Position numbers and translations under genes: made by a program
Source: Mustelus asterias
Taxonomy: Eukaryota
Direction: 5' to 3'
Assembly (NCBI RefSeq): GCF_964213995.1
Contig: NW_027590219.1
Coordinates: forward strand, 496,001 to 560,000
Length of the DNA: 64,000 nt
The notes under the pieces: generated by a model
The model's input: the letters and a program-made list of their open reading frames with translations, nothing else
Database searches by the model: none
What the model was told of the DNA's origin: nothing
In this document: positions 1 to 12,790 of the stretch, in pieces
Numbering within the stretch: the stretch's first letter is position 1
How the letters are laid out: the number at the start of each line of letters is the position of its first letter

Positions 1-380
1 GAAGACAAACTCCTTCATCCAAGCAATCAGTCTAGTGAATCTCCCCTGAACTGTCTCCAATGCACCCGTATCACTGTTCAAGCAAGGAGACCAAATCTGT
101 ACACAGTACTCTTGGTGCAGTTTCACCAATTCTTTGTATAATTGTAGCAAGACTTTATTACTTTTATATTCCATCTCCCTTACAGAAAACCTTCCTAACG
201 ACTTGCTGTTCCTGCTTGTTACTTTTGTGATTCTTTTAGAAGTTCACCCAGATCCCTCAGTCCTGCAGCATTCTACACTCTCTTTAGATTATATTGTTTT
301 TTCCTATTCTTCCTGCTAAAGTCAATATCCTTATATTTTCCCATATCATACTCCGTCTGCTAAGACTTTTCCTACTCACT
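1..380 (-). mobile_element. Old degraded CR1-type LINE ORF2 fragment
   Basis: Minus strand of ~22-55 reads LETVQGRFTRLI-like, preceded by EYCVQIWSP-like sequence. No intact ORF. Confidence 0.55.
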
Positions 381-811
381 TACCTATTTATATACCTTTG
401 CAGATTCTTTGTATCCTCCTCACAACATGCTTTCCTATCTATCTCCGTGTCAACCTGTTGCTTGATTGGACTGTGAGACTGTAGGAAAGGTCAGTTTGTA
501 GTTTAGTTCTGTGTAATGATCAAATAATTGAATTATATTAATCATTTAACCTGATGTGATATTCTGCTTAATTGTAGTCAGTGTAAGATTTGAGAATCTT
601 GTGACTGGCTCTTTGTCTGTAGCTGCATGCTTATTTGACAAGTGAAATACATCACATACCCTTGGATAGTGTAGAGTTACACTTTTTATTGTTAAATTAC
701 AGAGCAAGTGCTGTGAAACCCATCAAATCTTGGTGAGTTAAGACCTGGAGCCATTAGCTTCCCAGCCATTGACAACAAACAGTTATATTTGAGTTAGAGG
801 CCTTGTTACAT

Positions 812-1225
812 TGAAACATACATAGAAACTAGAAGCAGGAGTAGACCATTCAGCCCTTTGAGCCTGCTCCGCCATTTATTATGATCATGGCTGATCATCA
901 AATTCAATATCCCGGTTCCCCCCTCCCCCACCCCCCCCCCCCCCTCCCCCGCCCCCCAAATATTCCTTTAGGCCCAAGAGCTATATCTAATTCCTTCTTC
1001 AAATCACAAAACATTTTAGCCTCAATTATTTTCTGTGGTAGTGAATTCTACAGATTTACCACCCTCTGGGTGAAGAAATTTCTCAACTCAGTCCTAAAAG
1101 GTTTACCCATTATCCTCAAACTATGACCCCTAATTCTGGACTCCCCCCACCATTGGGAACATTCTTTCTGAATCTACCCTGTTTAACCCTGTTAGATTTT
1201 TATAAGTTTCTATGAGATCCCCTGT
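812..1225 (-). mobile_element. CR1 LINE 3' end fragment containing an expanded C-tract (~920-957)
   Basis: Reverse of the CR1 tail (catagaaactagaagcaggag..ccattcagccc), then NFFTQRVVNL-type sequence. Confidence 0.75.
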
Positions 1226-1804
1226 CAATAAACCATCACACCTGCAATACTTTGTTTTAAATTTATATCATTTAGAAACTCTGCTGAAATAAAGATGAAC
1301 AATAAACAGATCACAGTGCATTCCTGCAGCTCTACATTGACAGGAGAAAGTCTGTTCTGTAACTCCAGGATGAGGCAGTGTAAGCTCTGAATGTTGGTAA
1401 TCACAGGCAGGCTTGAGCTGTTTGATAGATGAGTTGTTCATAGCTGTTAACTTGCAGATATTGAAGGAATTACTCTGAAAGTAAACTCGATAATTTATAA
1501 GCTCAGACTCTGCTCCTTGCTGTAATGAATACTCAGCATCCATTAGTGCTAATTTACAGTGACTCACTGAGTATCCTGGGATCTTTGTTACTTGTTTTGT
1601 GAAATATCTCTCCCCATTAGTGTTGAACTGCTGGATAACTCTGATTGCATTTAGACATGTCTAGAAAGGGTCTGTGTGCCCAGATTTAACTGCAATTTGT
1701 AAGCAATAAACAATCTGACTTGCAGATTGGTGTCTTGGTGATTTGTGAAGAAAGATTTAATTCACTCACTCAGCAGTTTGAGGGGAACCAGACTGAGGTT
1801 TAAT

Positions 1805-2760
1805 GTAATAAGAAATAGGAGCAGGAAGAGGCCATTCAGCCCTTTGAGTTTGTTCAGCTATTCACTGAGATCAAGGTTGATAATCTACCTCAACCCCACC
1901 TCCCCGCACTGTCCCCATATCGCTTAACTTCTCTTTGTATCCAAATAGTTATCAATCTTTGTCTTAATTACACCCAATGCCGAGCATCCACTGCTCCCTG
2001 GGGTAGAGAATTCCAGGAATTCACAACTGAGTGAAGAATTTTCTCCTCAATTCAATCTAAATGATTGACCCCTTATTCTGAGACTGTGACCCAGTGTTCC
2101 AGGTTCCGCAGTCAGGGGAAACATTTTCACACCATCGAACCTCTCAGGCCCATGAAGAATCATATACTCTGATCAGATCACCTCTCATTTTTCTCACCAC
2201 CATTAATTTGATCCTAGTCTGATTTTATCGGTAAAAGCAAAATACTGTGGATGCTGGAATCTGAAACAAAAATAGAAAATGCTGGAAAATCTCAGATCTG
2301 ACAGCGTCTGTGGGGAGAGAATAGAGCAACATGTCGAGTCTGGATGACTGTCTGTCAGAGCTGACGAAGGGTCATCCAGACTTGAAACATTGGCTCTATT
2401 CTCTCTCCACAGATGCTATCAGACCTGCTGAGATTTTCCAGCATTTTCTGTTTTTGATTTTATAAGTACCCTGTTACCAAGTCCCTAACAATAAGATTTC
2501 TAATATTTCACCTACAACCGATGTTAACTGGTCTATATTCCCCATTTTCTCTCCTACTTTCTGGACTAGTTAATGTTTGCTGACTTCCGATCCTTGGGAA
2601 CCTGTTCGAGGGTTTAAGGAATTCTGGAAGATCAAACTAATGCATCCAGTATTTCTGCAGCTCCCTCTTTTAAATCCCCAAGATGCAGGTTGTCTGGTCC
2701 AAGGAATTTGTCACCATTTAGTCCCATTAATTTCTCCAGTCTCTATAAGACCCTCATTCT
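1805..2760 (-). mobile_element. Degraded CR1 fragment(s) interrupted by a Penelope-type element
   Basis: CR1 tail at 1808-1850. aactggtctatattcccc near 2526-2543 corresponds to a GNYRPV-like motif on the minus strand. Confidence 0.55.
2232..2460. mobile_element. Penelope-type inverted (fold-back) terminal-repeat fragment, family B, with hammerhead cores on both arms
   Basis: Imperfect palindrome centred near 2359 (agaaaatgctggaaaatctcag / ctgagattttccagcattttct). CTGACGA..GAAAC core at 2361-2390, with a degenerate mirror copy at 2323-2358. Confidence 0.7.
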
Positions 2761-2942
2761 TATTGGACAAGGGACTGTGTAACCTGTGTCTCCAAAGCCA
2801 CCACAGCTTTGGACTTGGGCACCTCCCAATCTTGATCAATCAAACCCATTTTAATGGGAATTAAATGGCTAGTTTCATTTTTAAAAACTTTTATTCACAT
2901 TTCACTTGTCAGAAAGGATCATTTAATTAACAACACGACACA

Positions 2943-3855
2943 ATGATAAGTGGAAAAGTGAATTGTGTGGAGGGCGTAGAAGGTCTGCAGAGAGATTTGG
3001 ACAGGCTGAGTGAGTGGGCGAGGATCTGGCAGATGGAGTATAACGTTAACAAATGCGAGGTTATTCACTTTGGAAGAAATAATAGCAAATTGGATTATCT
3101 AAATGGAAAGGAATTACAACATGCTGCTGTGCAGAGGGACCTGGGGGTCCTTGTGCATGAGACGCAAAAACCCAGTCTGCAGGTGCAACAGGTGATCAAG
3201 AAGGCAAATGGGATGTTGGCCTATATCGCAAGGGGGATAGAATATAAAAGCAGAGATGTCTTGCTGCATCTGTATAGGGCATTGGTGAGGCCGCAGCTGG
3301 AATACTGTGTGCAGTATTGGTCCCCTTATTTGCGGAAGGATATATTGGCCTTGGAGGGAGTGCAGAGAAGGTTCACTAGGTTGATACCAGAGATGAGGGG
3401 TGTTGATTATGAGGAGAGACTGAGCAGATTGGGTTTGTATTCGTTGGAATTTAGAAGGCTGAGGGGGGATCTTATAGAGACCTATAAGATAATGAAGGGG
3501 CTTGATAGGGTAGAGATGGAGAGATTCTTTCCACTTAGAAAGGAAACTAGAACTAGAGGGCACAGCCTCAAAATAAAGGGGGGTCGGTTTAGGACAGAGT
3601 TGAGGAGGAACTTCTTCTCTCAGAGGGTGGTGAATCTCTGGAATTCTCTGCCCACTGAAGTGGTGGAGGCTACCTCGTTGAATATGTTTAAATCACGGAT
3701 AGATGGATTCCTGATCGCTAAGGGAATTAGGGGTTATAGGGATCAGGCGGGTAAGTGGAACTAATCCACTTCAGATCAGCCATGATCTTATTGAATGGCG
3801 GGGCAGGCTCGAGGGACTCGATGGCCTACTCCTGCTCCTATTTCTTATGTTCTTA
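2943..3855 (+). mobile_element. 5'-truncated CR1 LINE (ORF2 C-terminal 273 aa open, 2943-3764) plus 3' tail
   Basis: LQRDLDRL..W..WQM.YN..KC, LVRPQLEYCVQYWSP, QRRFTRLIP and RNFFSQRVVNLWN motifs; ttcttatgttctta tail. Confidence 0.93.
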
Positions 3856-4233
3856 ACTTTTCTGTAAAGTTCCATAAAATGATGTCAGAACATGTCTGTC
3901 TGGTTTTTCATTATTATTGACATTTGATGAACAGTATTACAACTCGAACGATATTGTATTGGAGACTAATGTTTAAAAATGGCTCTTCCTTGTATTAAAG
4001 TTCCCGCCCCCTTGCACTAACCCCATGGTTCCCCATTATTAGAATTTTTCTTTTGTCTTCTACCATGAAGACAGATAGATACAAAGTATTTGTTGCATTT
4101 CTCTGCCATTTCCTTGTTCCCCATTATATTTTGCCTTTTATCTGCCTCTCATAGAGAATGTTTACTTTCACTCGCTTCTTCCTATCCACATACCTACAGA
4201 AACATTTAAAAATATACTTTCTAAACTCTTACT

Positions 4234-4690
4234 GGTCTGCACCCAAAAAGGGAATTGAGCTCAGAAGCGATTTTAAAACAGTTTATTGAGAAGCAACAGT
4301 TAAAACAAGATGTGTGAGTTAAATAGATAGGAAAAGCACCTGACCTGTGACAGGTGAGAGACATTTACAGATCCCAGAGGACAAGCAGACGGATGAAGCC
4401 AAGTGAATGCTGATGTCCATAACTGGTGCCTATGGAAGGTTCACTTCAATGAGCCTGATTGTGGGTGTTGGGGAGAAGCCAGTCAATTTGAAATCTCCTT
4501 GCTCTTGAGGGCCTGTTTTAACCTTTACATGGAGTTAGTTACTATAAGAGCCAATGGTATGAAGGTTAAAAATGTCTTGCCTCAAGGCCTGTGCGAGAGA
4601 CAGGTCCTTGGCAGGGAGAAAGGCTTGTCCTGTGTTTGTCAGCCAGCAAGCTTTCTTCCGAAGACAGAGGTAAAGCTCTTTCTATAATAT
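4234..4690 (-). repeat. Unclassified interspersed repeat, possible solo LTR (second diverged copy at 21515-22560)
   Basis: Collinear shared blocks (cccaaaa.g.g.a.ttgagctca; gtttatt; gcctgttttaacctt; tgtcctgtgtttgtca.ccagcaa). AATAAA and a TATA-like motif lie on the minus strand. Confidence 0.4.
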
Positions 4691-4997
4691 TCCATCAGTA
4701 TCCAAAGATTTTATAAGGCTATTAGATGGTGATTTCTCACAATCTGTTACTTGGATTTGACTTTTCTCCATTCCTGTGCTGAGGGGATTTCTGTTCCAGA
4801 CGGGATGGGTGACATTTGGGAACTCTCGATTCTCCACCAATTCCCAAACCCCTTCTTTCTGGGGGATACTGGAGGTGTCACTGTGTGTAGGTCAGTAAGA
4901 ATTCTCAGCAAGGATTAATCAGCACTTTCTAATTGGAGATGTTCATCAGTGGAACCTCTCAGACACTGAATTGTAGAATTCGGGCCAAAGATCAATA

Positions 4998-5290
4998 GGA
5001 CGGCAGAGTGGTTCGCACTGCTGCCTCACAGCGCCAGGACCCGGGTTCGATTCCTGATTTAGGTCACTATCTGTGCGGACTCTGCACGTTCTCCCCATGT
5101 CCGTGTGGGTTTCCTCCAGATGCTCTGGTTTCCTCACAAGTCCGAAAGATGTGCTGGTTAGGTGCATTGGCCATGCTGAATTCTCCCTCAGTGTACCCAA
5201 ACAGGCGACTAGGGAATTTTCACAGTAACTTCATTGCAGTGTTAATGTAAGCCTACTTGTGACACTAATAAATAAACTTAACTTAAACAA
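4998..5290 (+). mobile_element. tRNA-derived SINE (HE1-like head/core, 'cttgtgacactaataaa' tail type)
   Basis: Pol III A box (gtggttcgcactg) and B box (ggttcgattcc), conserved core gtgggtttcctcc.g.tgctc.ggtttcctc, aataaa tail. Confidence 0.85.
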
Positions 5291-5512
5291 TTTAAGATTG
5301 AAGTAAAAGTTCTGAATCTTGTTGTAAACTAATTTCAGATGGACAGCGGTAACTGCAGCCCCAGGAGCACAATCACCTCTTGATCCAGAATATTAAATTC
5401 CAGCCCAGTTACCGGCTGTATTAACATCAGCAGAAACAAACTCCAGCTGTCAGAATGAAAGGGCCTGGTTGTCATTAACAGCAGCAATAACAGCAGAATC
5501 CAATCCCTGCCC

Positions 5513-6211
<699 letters not shown>

Positions 6212-7009
6212 GTTGATGATCAGTTGAAGCCTCGTCCACACACACAACACGTGTACAGTTTCTCCTCACTGAATGGTGATGTTTTTTCAGGCTGTGTAAC
6301 TGGTTAAAGCTCTTTTCACAGTCAGTTCACTGGAACACTCTCACTCGGGTGTGCGTGTGTCTCGGTGCTTTTCCAGTCACACTGATGTTTGAAATCTTTT
6401 CCCGTAGACAAAACAAACACACATTTCTCCTTCCACTTTCCAAGTACGATGATATCCAGGTCCTAATGAATCAAGTGATTCTGTCAGATCTTGATGTGAT
6501 GTCTGGTTTGAGATTCCCGACTGCAATCCTCAACTTCTAACAGCTGTAAAAACCGTCAATAAAAGTCATCACTAACAGTCCAGGATAGAAATTCTCAACA
6601 GACAATTCTAGTTTCTCTGGAATTTTTTCCTCTCGAACCCCCAAAGTTGCAGATCCCCATCCCACACACTCTCCCTCCTCCCTGAACTGAAATCCAAATA
6701 AATTAACAGATAATCATTTCAGTATCCCCTTAAAAAATGTGTACAACTAGAGATAGTATTTTTGATGATTCACTTCATTCATAACACATGAGAAAACATT
6801 AATCTGAATCACCCTGACCCGATCAGTCAGAATAGCAGATGTTAACTTTGTGTCCAGAACTGACTGTTTCGAGATTTGATGAGAAATTGTGAAGGGGGTT
6901 TCTCTAAACCTCCCTCTCTAACTAAGTTAAACCTGGTTTCAGTGTCAGGGCCCATTCTGTTTTCTGGTTCTCTTCCTGCTGACTATTAACCTCAATAAAA
7001 TATCAAGAA

Positions 7010-7725
7010 TACTGAAGCCACTGTTTTTGGTCCCCCTTCCAAGTCTTGTTCCTTTGCAATCCACTCAATCCCTCTTCCTGGCAAATGTCTGAAATTAAGC
7101 CAGTTTGTTCATAACCTCGGTGTCCCATTTGATCCCAAGTTTCTGGGACTGCCTATTTCCACCTCGGGAACATCACATGACATCAACGCTACCTCAGTGC
7201 ATCTGGTGCTCAAAACCCTCATTCAGGCCATTGTTACCTCCAAACTCAACTGTTCCATTGCACTCTTGCAGGTCTCGCACATTTTACCCATGGGAACGTG
7301 AAGTCATCCAAAAGTCCGCTACCCGTTTCCTAATTAACAGCAAGTCCTGTTCCCTGATCACCCCTGTCCTCCCTGACTTGCCTTGACTCCCAGTCATGCA
7401 ACACCTTGATTGTAAAATTCGCATCCTTGTTTTCAAATCCTTCCATGGCTTCAGCCCTCCCAATCTCTGTAATCTTCCCACAAACATCCGAGATATCAGT
7501 GCTGCTCTTGTACATTCCCTACCATAATTGCTCCACCACTGGTGGTTGTGTTTCAGTTCTTCAGCCCCAGGATCTGAATTCCCTCCCGACACCTCTCTGT
7601 CTCTCCCTCACTTTCCTCCTTTAAGCCTCTCTTTAAAACTCACTTCTTTGTCAAGTTTTTGGTCATTTGTCCTAATATCTCCTGATGTATCTGGGAATCT
7701 CACTTTGTTTTATAATGTTCCTCAA
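7010..7725 (+). mobile_element. Degraded L2-type LINE 3' portion
   Basis: IQKSATRFL..LITPVLPDL.WLPV..KI.ILVFK-like residues across frames. Confidence 0.7.
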
Positions 7726-7980
7726 AGTTTATTTATCAGTCACAAGACTTACATTAACACTGCAATGAAGTTACTGTGAAATTCCCCTAGTCGTCACACT
7801 CCAGCACCTGTTTGGGTCAATGCACCTAACCAGCACATCTTTCCAACTGTGGGAGGAAACCATAGTACCCGAAGGAAACCCACGCACACACGGGGCAGAA
7901 TGTACAAACTCCACACAGTGACCCAAGCCGGGAATCGAATCCTGGCGCTGTGAGGCAGCAGTGCTAACCACTGTGCCGCC
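7725..7980 (-). mobile_element. tRNA-derived SINE (HE1-like)
   Basis: Reverse complement of the 4998-5290 family. Confidence 0.85.
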
Positions 7981-8198
7981 TGTGTGAAGTGCACTGGAAT
8001 GATTTATGACGTTATAAATAGAAGTTGTTGTTGGCTATAATTCTGACCTCCTGTTTTACAACAACCCACTGATTTTACAACAAACTCTATCTCTGATGTT
8101 TTGTTTGCTGAGGATTATCCATTTGGTTTTGCCCTTAATAAAGATGGCCGATGTTAACATCTGAGGATTTTGCCTCACAAATTGAGGAATTAAAATTT

Positions 8199-8488
8199 AA
8201 TTATTAGTGTCACAAGTAGGTTTACATTAACACTGCAATGAAGTTACTGTGAAATTCCCCCAGTCACCACACTCCGGCACCTGTTCGGGTTACACTGAGG
8301 GAGAATTTAGCATGGCCCAATGCACCCTAACCAGCACGTCTTTCAGACTGTGGGAGGAAACCGGACCACCCGGAGGAAACCCGCGCAGACACGGGGAAAA
8401 TGTGCAGACTCCACACAGGGACCCAGGCTGGGAATTGAACCCGGGTCCCTGGCGCTGTGAGGCAGCAGTGTTAACCACTGTGTCACCC
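8199..8488 (-). mobile_element. tRNA-derived SINE (HE1-like)
   Basis: Reverse complement of the same family. Confidence 0.85.
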
Positions 8489-8489
8489 A

Positions 8490-9480
8490 TGCCCGAGATC
8501 CGGCATCTGGCCGACACCGGGTGTTTATGAAGCCTCACCGCCCGGATCCATTTATGTTTCCGGTTTTCTATCGGGCTCTGGATCCGCGCCATTTAAAATT
8601 CCCATTGAAAACCCGCCGGCTCGAGCTCCTTCCCGCCTGCGGATCCACAAAGTGTTTCCAAATCCTCCCAGCCACCGCCTAACGCTGACTCCGCTTCTCC
8701 GGGACAAACAAGCGCCAAGGACAGCAATGACACTGCGCATGCTCCACATCACAATGACGGCAGCTCCGGACCAATAGGAAGAGGGGGCGGCGCTGGAGGA
8801 CCGAGCCGAGCGGCTGGTCCTCCAACCAATTGGAGTGAATGAGGGGCGGGATTGGAGGACCGAGCGTGAGCGGCTCGTCCTCCAACCAATCAGAATAAAT
8901 GAGGGGCGGAGCTGGAGGACTGAGCCGGAGCGGCTGATCCTCCAACCAATCGGAGTGAATGAGAGGCGGGTCCAGGCTGGGAGTGGAGCATGCGCAAAGA
9001 TGATCAGGCGTTGGGGAGCCTGGGAACGGACTGCGCAGGTGTGGTGTGCACAGGAAGAAGTCACAACACCAGGTGAAAGTCCAACATGTTTATTTGGAAT
9101 CAGGAGCTTTCGGAGCGCCGCCCCTTCATCAGGTGAGTCACCCAGTCCAACACCGGCATCTCCACATCAGGTGGTGTGGGTGTGCGCTCTGAGCATGCTC
9201 AGTGTCAGTCATGGTGTTGGGGAGGAGATTGTGAGCACAGGGTGGGAATGGAAACCACGGCTGCACTGGAAACAGCACCAACTTCTGGCCTAGGCCGCAG
9301 GCCCCGGCTTTACCACAGGGACAGCGCTGAAACCGGTGGCTGGACATTGAGGAGGATTTGGAAACACTTTGTGGATCCGCAAACCCTTCAGAATCATTGT
9401 CAGCTCCCTGGTTTGCAGCTGCGGGGCTTCTCCCTCCCTCCCTCCCGGGAACAGGCCCAGGTTAACGGCCCCATCCTGGC
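8490..9480. promoter_or_regulatory. CpG-rich putative bidirectional promoter 1 (between ZNF 5.5-6.2 kb minus and ZNF 11.1 kb plus)
   Basis: CpG enrichment; four CCAAT + GC-box units (8771, 8826, 8886, 8946); NRF1-like TGCGCATGC (8735) and GCATGCGCA (8988); YY1-like CGCCATTT (8587). Confidence 0.7.
9051..9168 (-). mobile_element. Penelope-type short element, family A, with minimal hammerhead (9100-9137)
   Basis: Minus strand reads tcac-CTGATGA-aggggcggcgctcc-GAA-AGCT-C. Shares the end ccagtccaac.ccggcatctccacatca with other copies. Approximate flanking duplication ggtgtg(g)gtgtgc. Confidence 0.7.
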
Positions 9481-9806
9481 TCAGCCACTGGAGGATGGTT
9501 CACATCAGAGGATGGGGGAGGGGGACAATAAATAAGAGGTTACACTTTGGCCTCAAATCAATGAGGACTCTGATCTCTGGGAAGGAAGGAAACCCTGGGA
9601 GGTGGGCGGGGAGGATTCACAAACACCCGCTGGAGGCCCCAACACCCCCAATAAGACCCATTGGTTTTATTGTCAGTCTGCAGACAGGAGCTGGAGAACT
9701 GAACCCAGACAGAGGAGAGGGAGGGAGAAAACTGGGAGTGGAGGAAAGAAAATTGTCTGTTCAGCGTTTCTATTGTGGATTGACAGCTGCTTTATAGATG
9801 CAAGAT

Positions 9807-10124
9807 GGGGCAGCACGGTGGCACAGTGATTAACACTGCTGCCTTACAGCGCCAGGGACCTGGGTTCAATTCTGCCCTTGGGTGACTGCCTGTGTGGAGT
9901 TTGCACATTCTCCCCGTGCCTGCGTGGGTTTCCTCTGGGTGCTCCGGTTTCCTCCCACAGTCCAAAGATGTGCAGGTTAGGTGGATTGGCCATGCTCAAT
10001 TGCCCCTTCGTGTCAGAGAGATTAACAAGGTAAATATTACGGGAATGGGTGGGATAGTTGTCGGTGCAGACTCGATGGGTTGAATGGCCTCCTCCTGTAC
10101 TTTGAGGATTCTCCGATTCTATGA
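9807..10124 (+). mobile_element. HE1-like SINE with CR1-type tail
   Basis: Same head and core, but ends gggttgaatggcctcctcctgtact..gattctatga, matching CR1 3' ends. Confidence 0.85.
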
Positions 10125-11014
10125 TGGATGTTTGAAAACTGCTTTTACACACGGTTACATGTTGACGATTTACACACAGAAAACTCAACCCCAAGAGAAA
10201 TGTTTGTCTCTCTGTGATTTCTATTCTGCATTGACTGTGATGATTTTTGTAAACAGAGATTACAACTTTCAGGAAAGGTTAAATGGACTGAAGTTTTTTC
10301 CTATCGAGCAGTGACCTGATAAAAGTCTTTCAAATTATTAGTGGCTTGGACAGGGGAAATGTGGAGAGAATGTTCCACTTGTGACAGAGTCTAAAAGAAG
10401 GAATGATCAATAAACGAAGAGTCATAAATACAAGATAGTTACCAATAAATCCAAGAAGCAATAAGGACAAATTTCTTCACTCACAGGTTTAGAATGACCA
10501 TAGAAATGAGTTGAGGAAAGTGCTGAGATTGTTTCAAAAGGAAATGGGAGAAACACACAAGAGAAAAAGAAATGGAAAAATCAACTGAAAGGCTGAGATG
10601 AGGTCTGTGGGACAGGAGAAGATGTGTCAAGTATAAAGAATTAAACTGAATGGCTTGTTTGTGTCTTGTGTATTCAAAGTAATTCAATGTAAACTCCTTT
10701 TCCAGAATATCTGCAGATGGGCGATTCAAACCAAAGGTCTCGGGATCTGACAGTGTCACATGATTCTTCAGGATCTGAATATCAAAGGCCTATGAATGTG
10801 GAATTATTCAACATCAGTGTGACTGGAAAAGCCCCGAGACACAGACATCTCAGTTATTTTTCCACAGTCAGCTGGAACAGAGCTTTAACCAGTCACACAG
10901 CGTGAAAAGAAATAGCACATTTACATCAGGTAGACACCGTACTCGTGTTCTTTGTGTGGACCTGATTTCAACTGATTATATAACCTGGAGAGACAGGAGG
11001 ACACCTGCACCATG

Positions 11015-11139
11015 TGAACAAGGAGCAGCAATACGCCATTCGGCCCCACGGGCCAGTTCCGCCATTTAATAACATCATGGCTGATCTGATAGTGAGCTCA
11101 AATCTGCATCCCGCCTACACCCGATAGCCTGTCAATAAT
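11015..11139 (-). mobile_element. CR1 3'-tail insertion at the ZNF start codon
   Basis: ccattcggccc..catcatggctgatctga tail flanked by catg at 11011-11014 and 11140-11143. Confidence 0.7.
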
Positions 11140-11140
11140 C

Positions 11141-12289
11141 ATGGAGAAACCGTGGAAATGTGCGGACTGTGGGACGGGATTCAATTACCCATCTGAATTG
11201 GAAACCCATCGACGTATTCACACTGGGGAGAGACCATTCACCTGCTCTGTGTGTGGGAAGGGATTCACTCAGTCATCCAGCCTGTACACACACCAGCATG
11301 TCCATACTGGTGAGAGGCCATTCACCTGTCTTCAATGTGGAAAGGGATTTAATGCTTTATCAAACCTCCGGACTCACCACCAGGTTCACTCTGATCAGAG
11401 ACCGTTTAAATGTTGTGAGTGTGGGAAGAGCTTTAAAAGCGGAAAGGATTTGTTGATTCACCAACGCACTCACACTGGGGAGAGGCCTTTCATCTGCTCC
11501 GTGTGTGGGAATGGATTCACTCAGTCATCCCACCTCCTGACACACCAAAGTGTTCACACTGATCAGAGACCATTTCAATGTTCTGACTGTGAGAAGAACT
11601 TTAAAAGTAAAAAGGATTTATTGATTCATCAGCGCACTCACACTGGGGAGAGGCCGTTCATCTGCTCCGTGTGTGGGAAGGGATTCACTTGTTCATCCCA
11701 GCTCCTGAAACATCGATTTGTTCACACTGATCAGAGACCTTTCAATTGTTCTGAATGTGATAAAACATTTAAAAGCAAAAAGGATCTTCTGAAACACCAG
11801 CACACTCACACTGGGGAGAGACCATTCATCTGCTCTCTCTGTGGGAAGGGATTCACTCGATTAGCTCACCTTCTGAGACACCATCGAGTTCACACTGGGG
11901 AGAGGCCGTTCACCTGCCCTGTGTGTTGTCAGGAATTCATTGATGCATCTGACCTTCTGATACACCGGCGAGTTCACACTGGAGAGAGACCTTACACTTG
12001 CCCCCTGTGCGGCAAGAGATTCACTCAGTCATCCCACCTGACTACACACCAACTTGTTCACACTGATCAGAGACCTTTTGAATGTTCTGATTGTGAGAAG
12101 AGATTTAAAAGTAAACAGAATCTGCTGAAACACCAGCGAGTTCACACTGGGGAAAGGCCGTTCAACTGCTCCATGTGTGGGAAGGGATTCGCTCAGTCAA
12201 ACAACCTGCTGAAACACCAGCAAGTTCACAGGCAACAGCAGGGGTTGGATTCTGCTGTTATTGCTGCTGTTAATCACATCCAGGACTGA
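11141..12289 (+). CDS. C2H2 zinc-finger protein, 13 fingers, no KRAB domain
   Basis: Intact 382-aa ORF starting MEKPWKC, with 13 CxxC-12-HxxxH units and TGERP/TDQRP linkers. Confidence 0.9.
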   Translation: MEKPWKCADCGTGFNYPSELETHRRIHTGERPFTCSVCGKGFTQSSSLYTHQHVHTGERPFTCLQCGKGFNALSNLRTHHQVHSDQRPFKCCECGKSFKSGKDLLIHQRTHTGERPFICSVCGNGFTQSSHLLTHQSVHTDQRPFQCSDCEKNFKSKKDLLIHQRTHTGERPFICSVCGKGFTCSSQLLKHRFVHTDQRPFNCSECDKTFKSKKDLLKHQHTHTGERPFICSLCGKGFTRLAHLLRHHRVHTGERPFTCPVCCQEFIDASDLLIHRRVHTGERPYTCPLCGKRFTQSSHLTTHQLVHTDQRPFECSDCEKRFKSKQNLLKHQRVHTGERPFNCSMCGKGFAQSNNLLKHQQVHRQQQGLDSAVIAAVNHIQD

Positions 12290-12790
12290 ATGATGCCAAG
12301 ATGCCTGTTTCCAGTGGTGGTCCACAGTTTTCTGGTATGTGTCAATAATTTTGGCTCAACTGTGTGGAAAATGATTGCTAAGTTTGCATCTGATACAAAA
12401 GTAGCTCCCATGGTTGACAATGAGGAATAAAGCTGTGGACGGCAGGAAGATATTAATGGACTGGGGGGTGAGTCAACACAAAAATAGCAAATAGAATTCA
12501 ATCTGGATGAATGAGAGATTGAATTTGGGAGAGTAAACAAGACAAGGGAATGAACAATACATGGGATGATGTTGAGAATTATAGAGGAACAGAGGGACTT
12601 TGGAGTGCATATCCACTGATCCCTGAAGATGGCTGCACATGAAGATCAGATAGTCAAGAAGGCATTTGGGACACTTTCCTGTCTGAGGCCTGGAATATAA
12701 GAGCAGGGAGATTACGTTAGAACTGATAAAAGACGAGTTAGAACACAGCTAGAATACTGAGCACAGTTCTGGTCACTGCATCATCCAACT
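12290..12790 (+). mobile_element. Degraded CR1 RT fragment
   Basis: KFASDTKV (FADD-like) at ~12380; QRDFGVHIH; LEY.AQFWS relics. Confidence 0.65.

Noticed and set aside
4998-5060. tRNA genes at SINE heads
   Set aside because: A/B boxes are present but there is no cloverleaf, and they continue into the SINE core.
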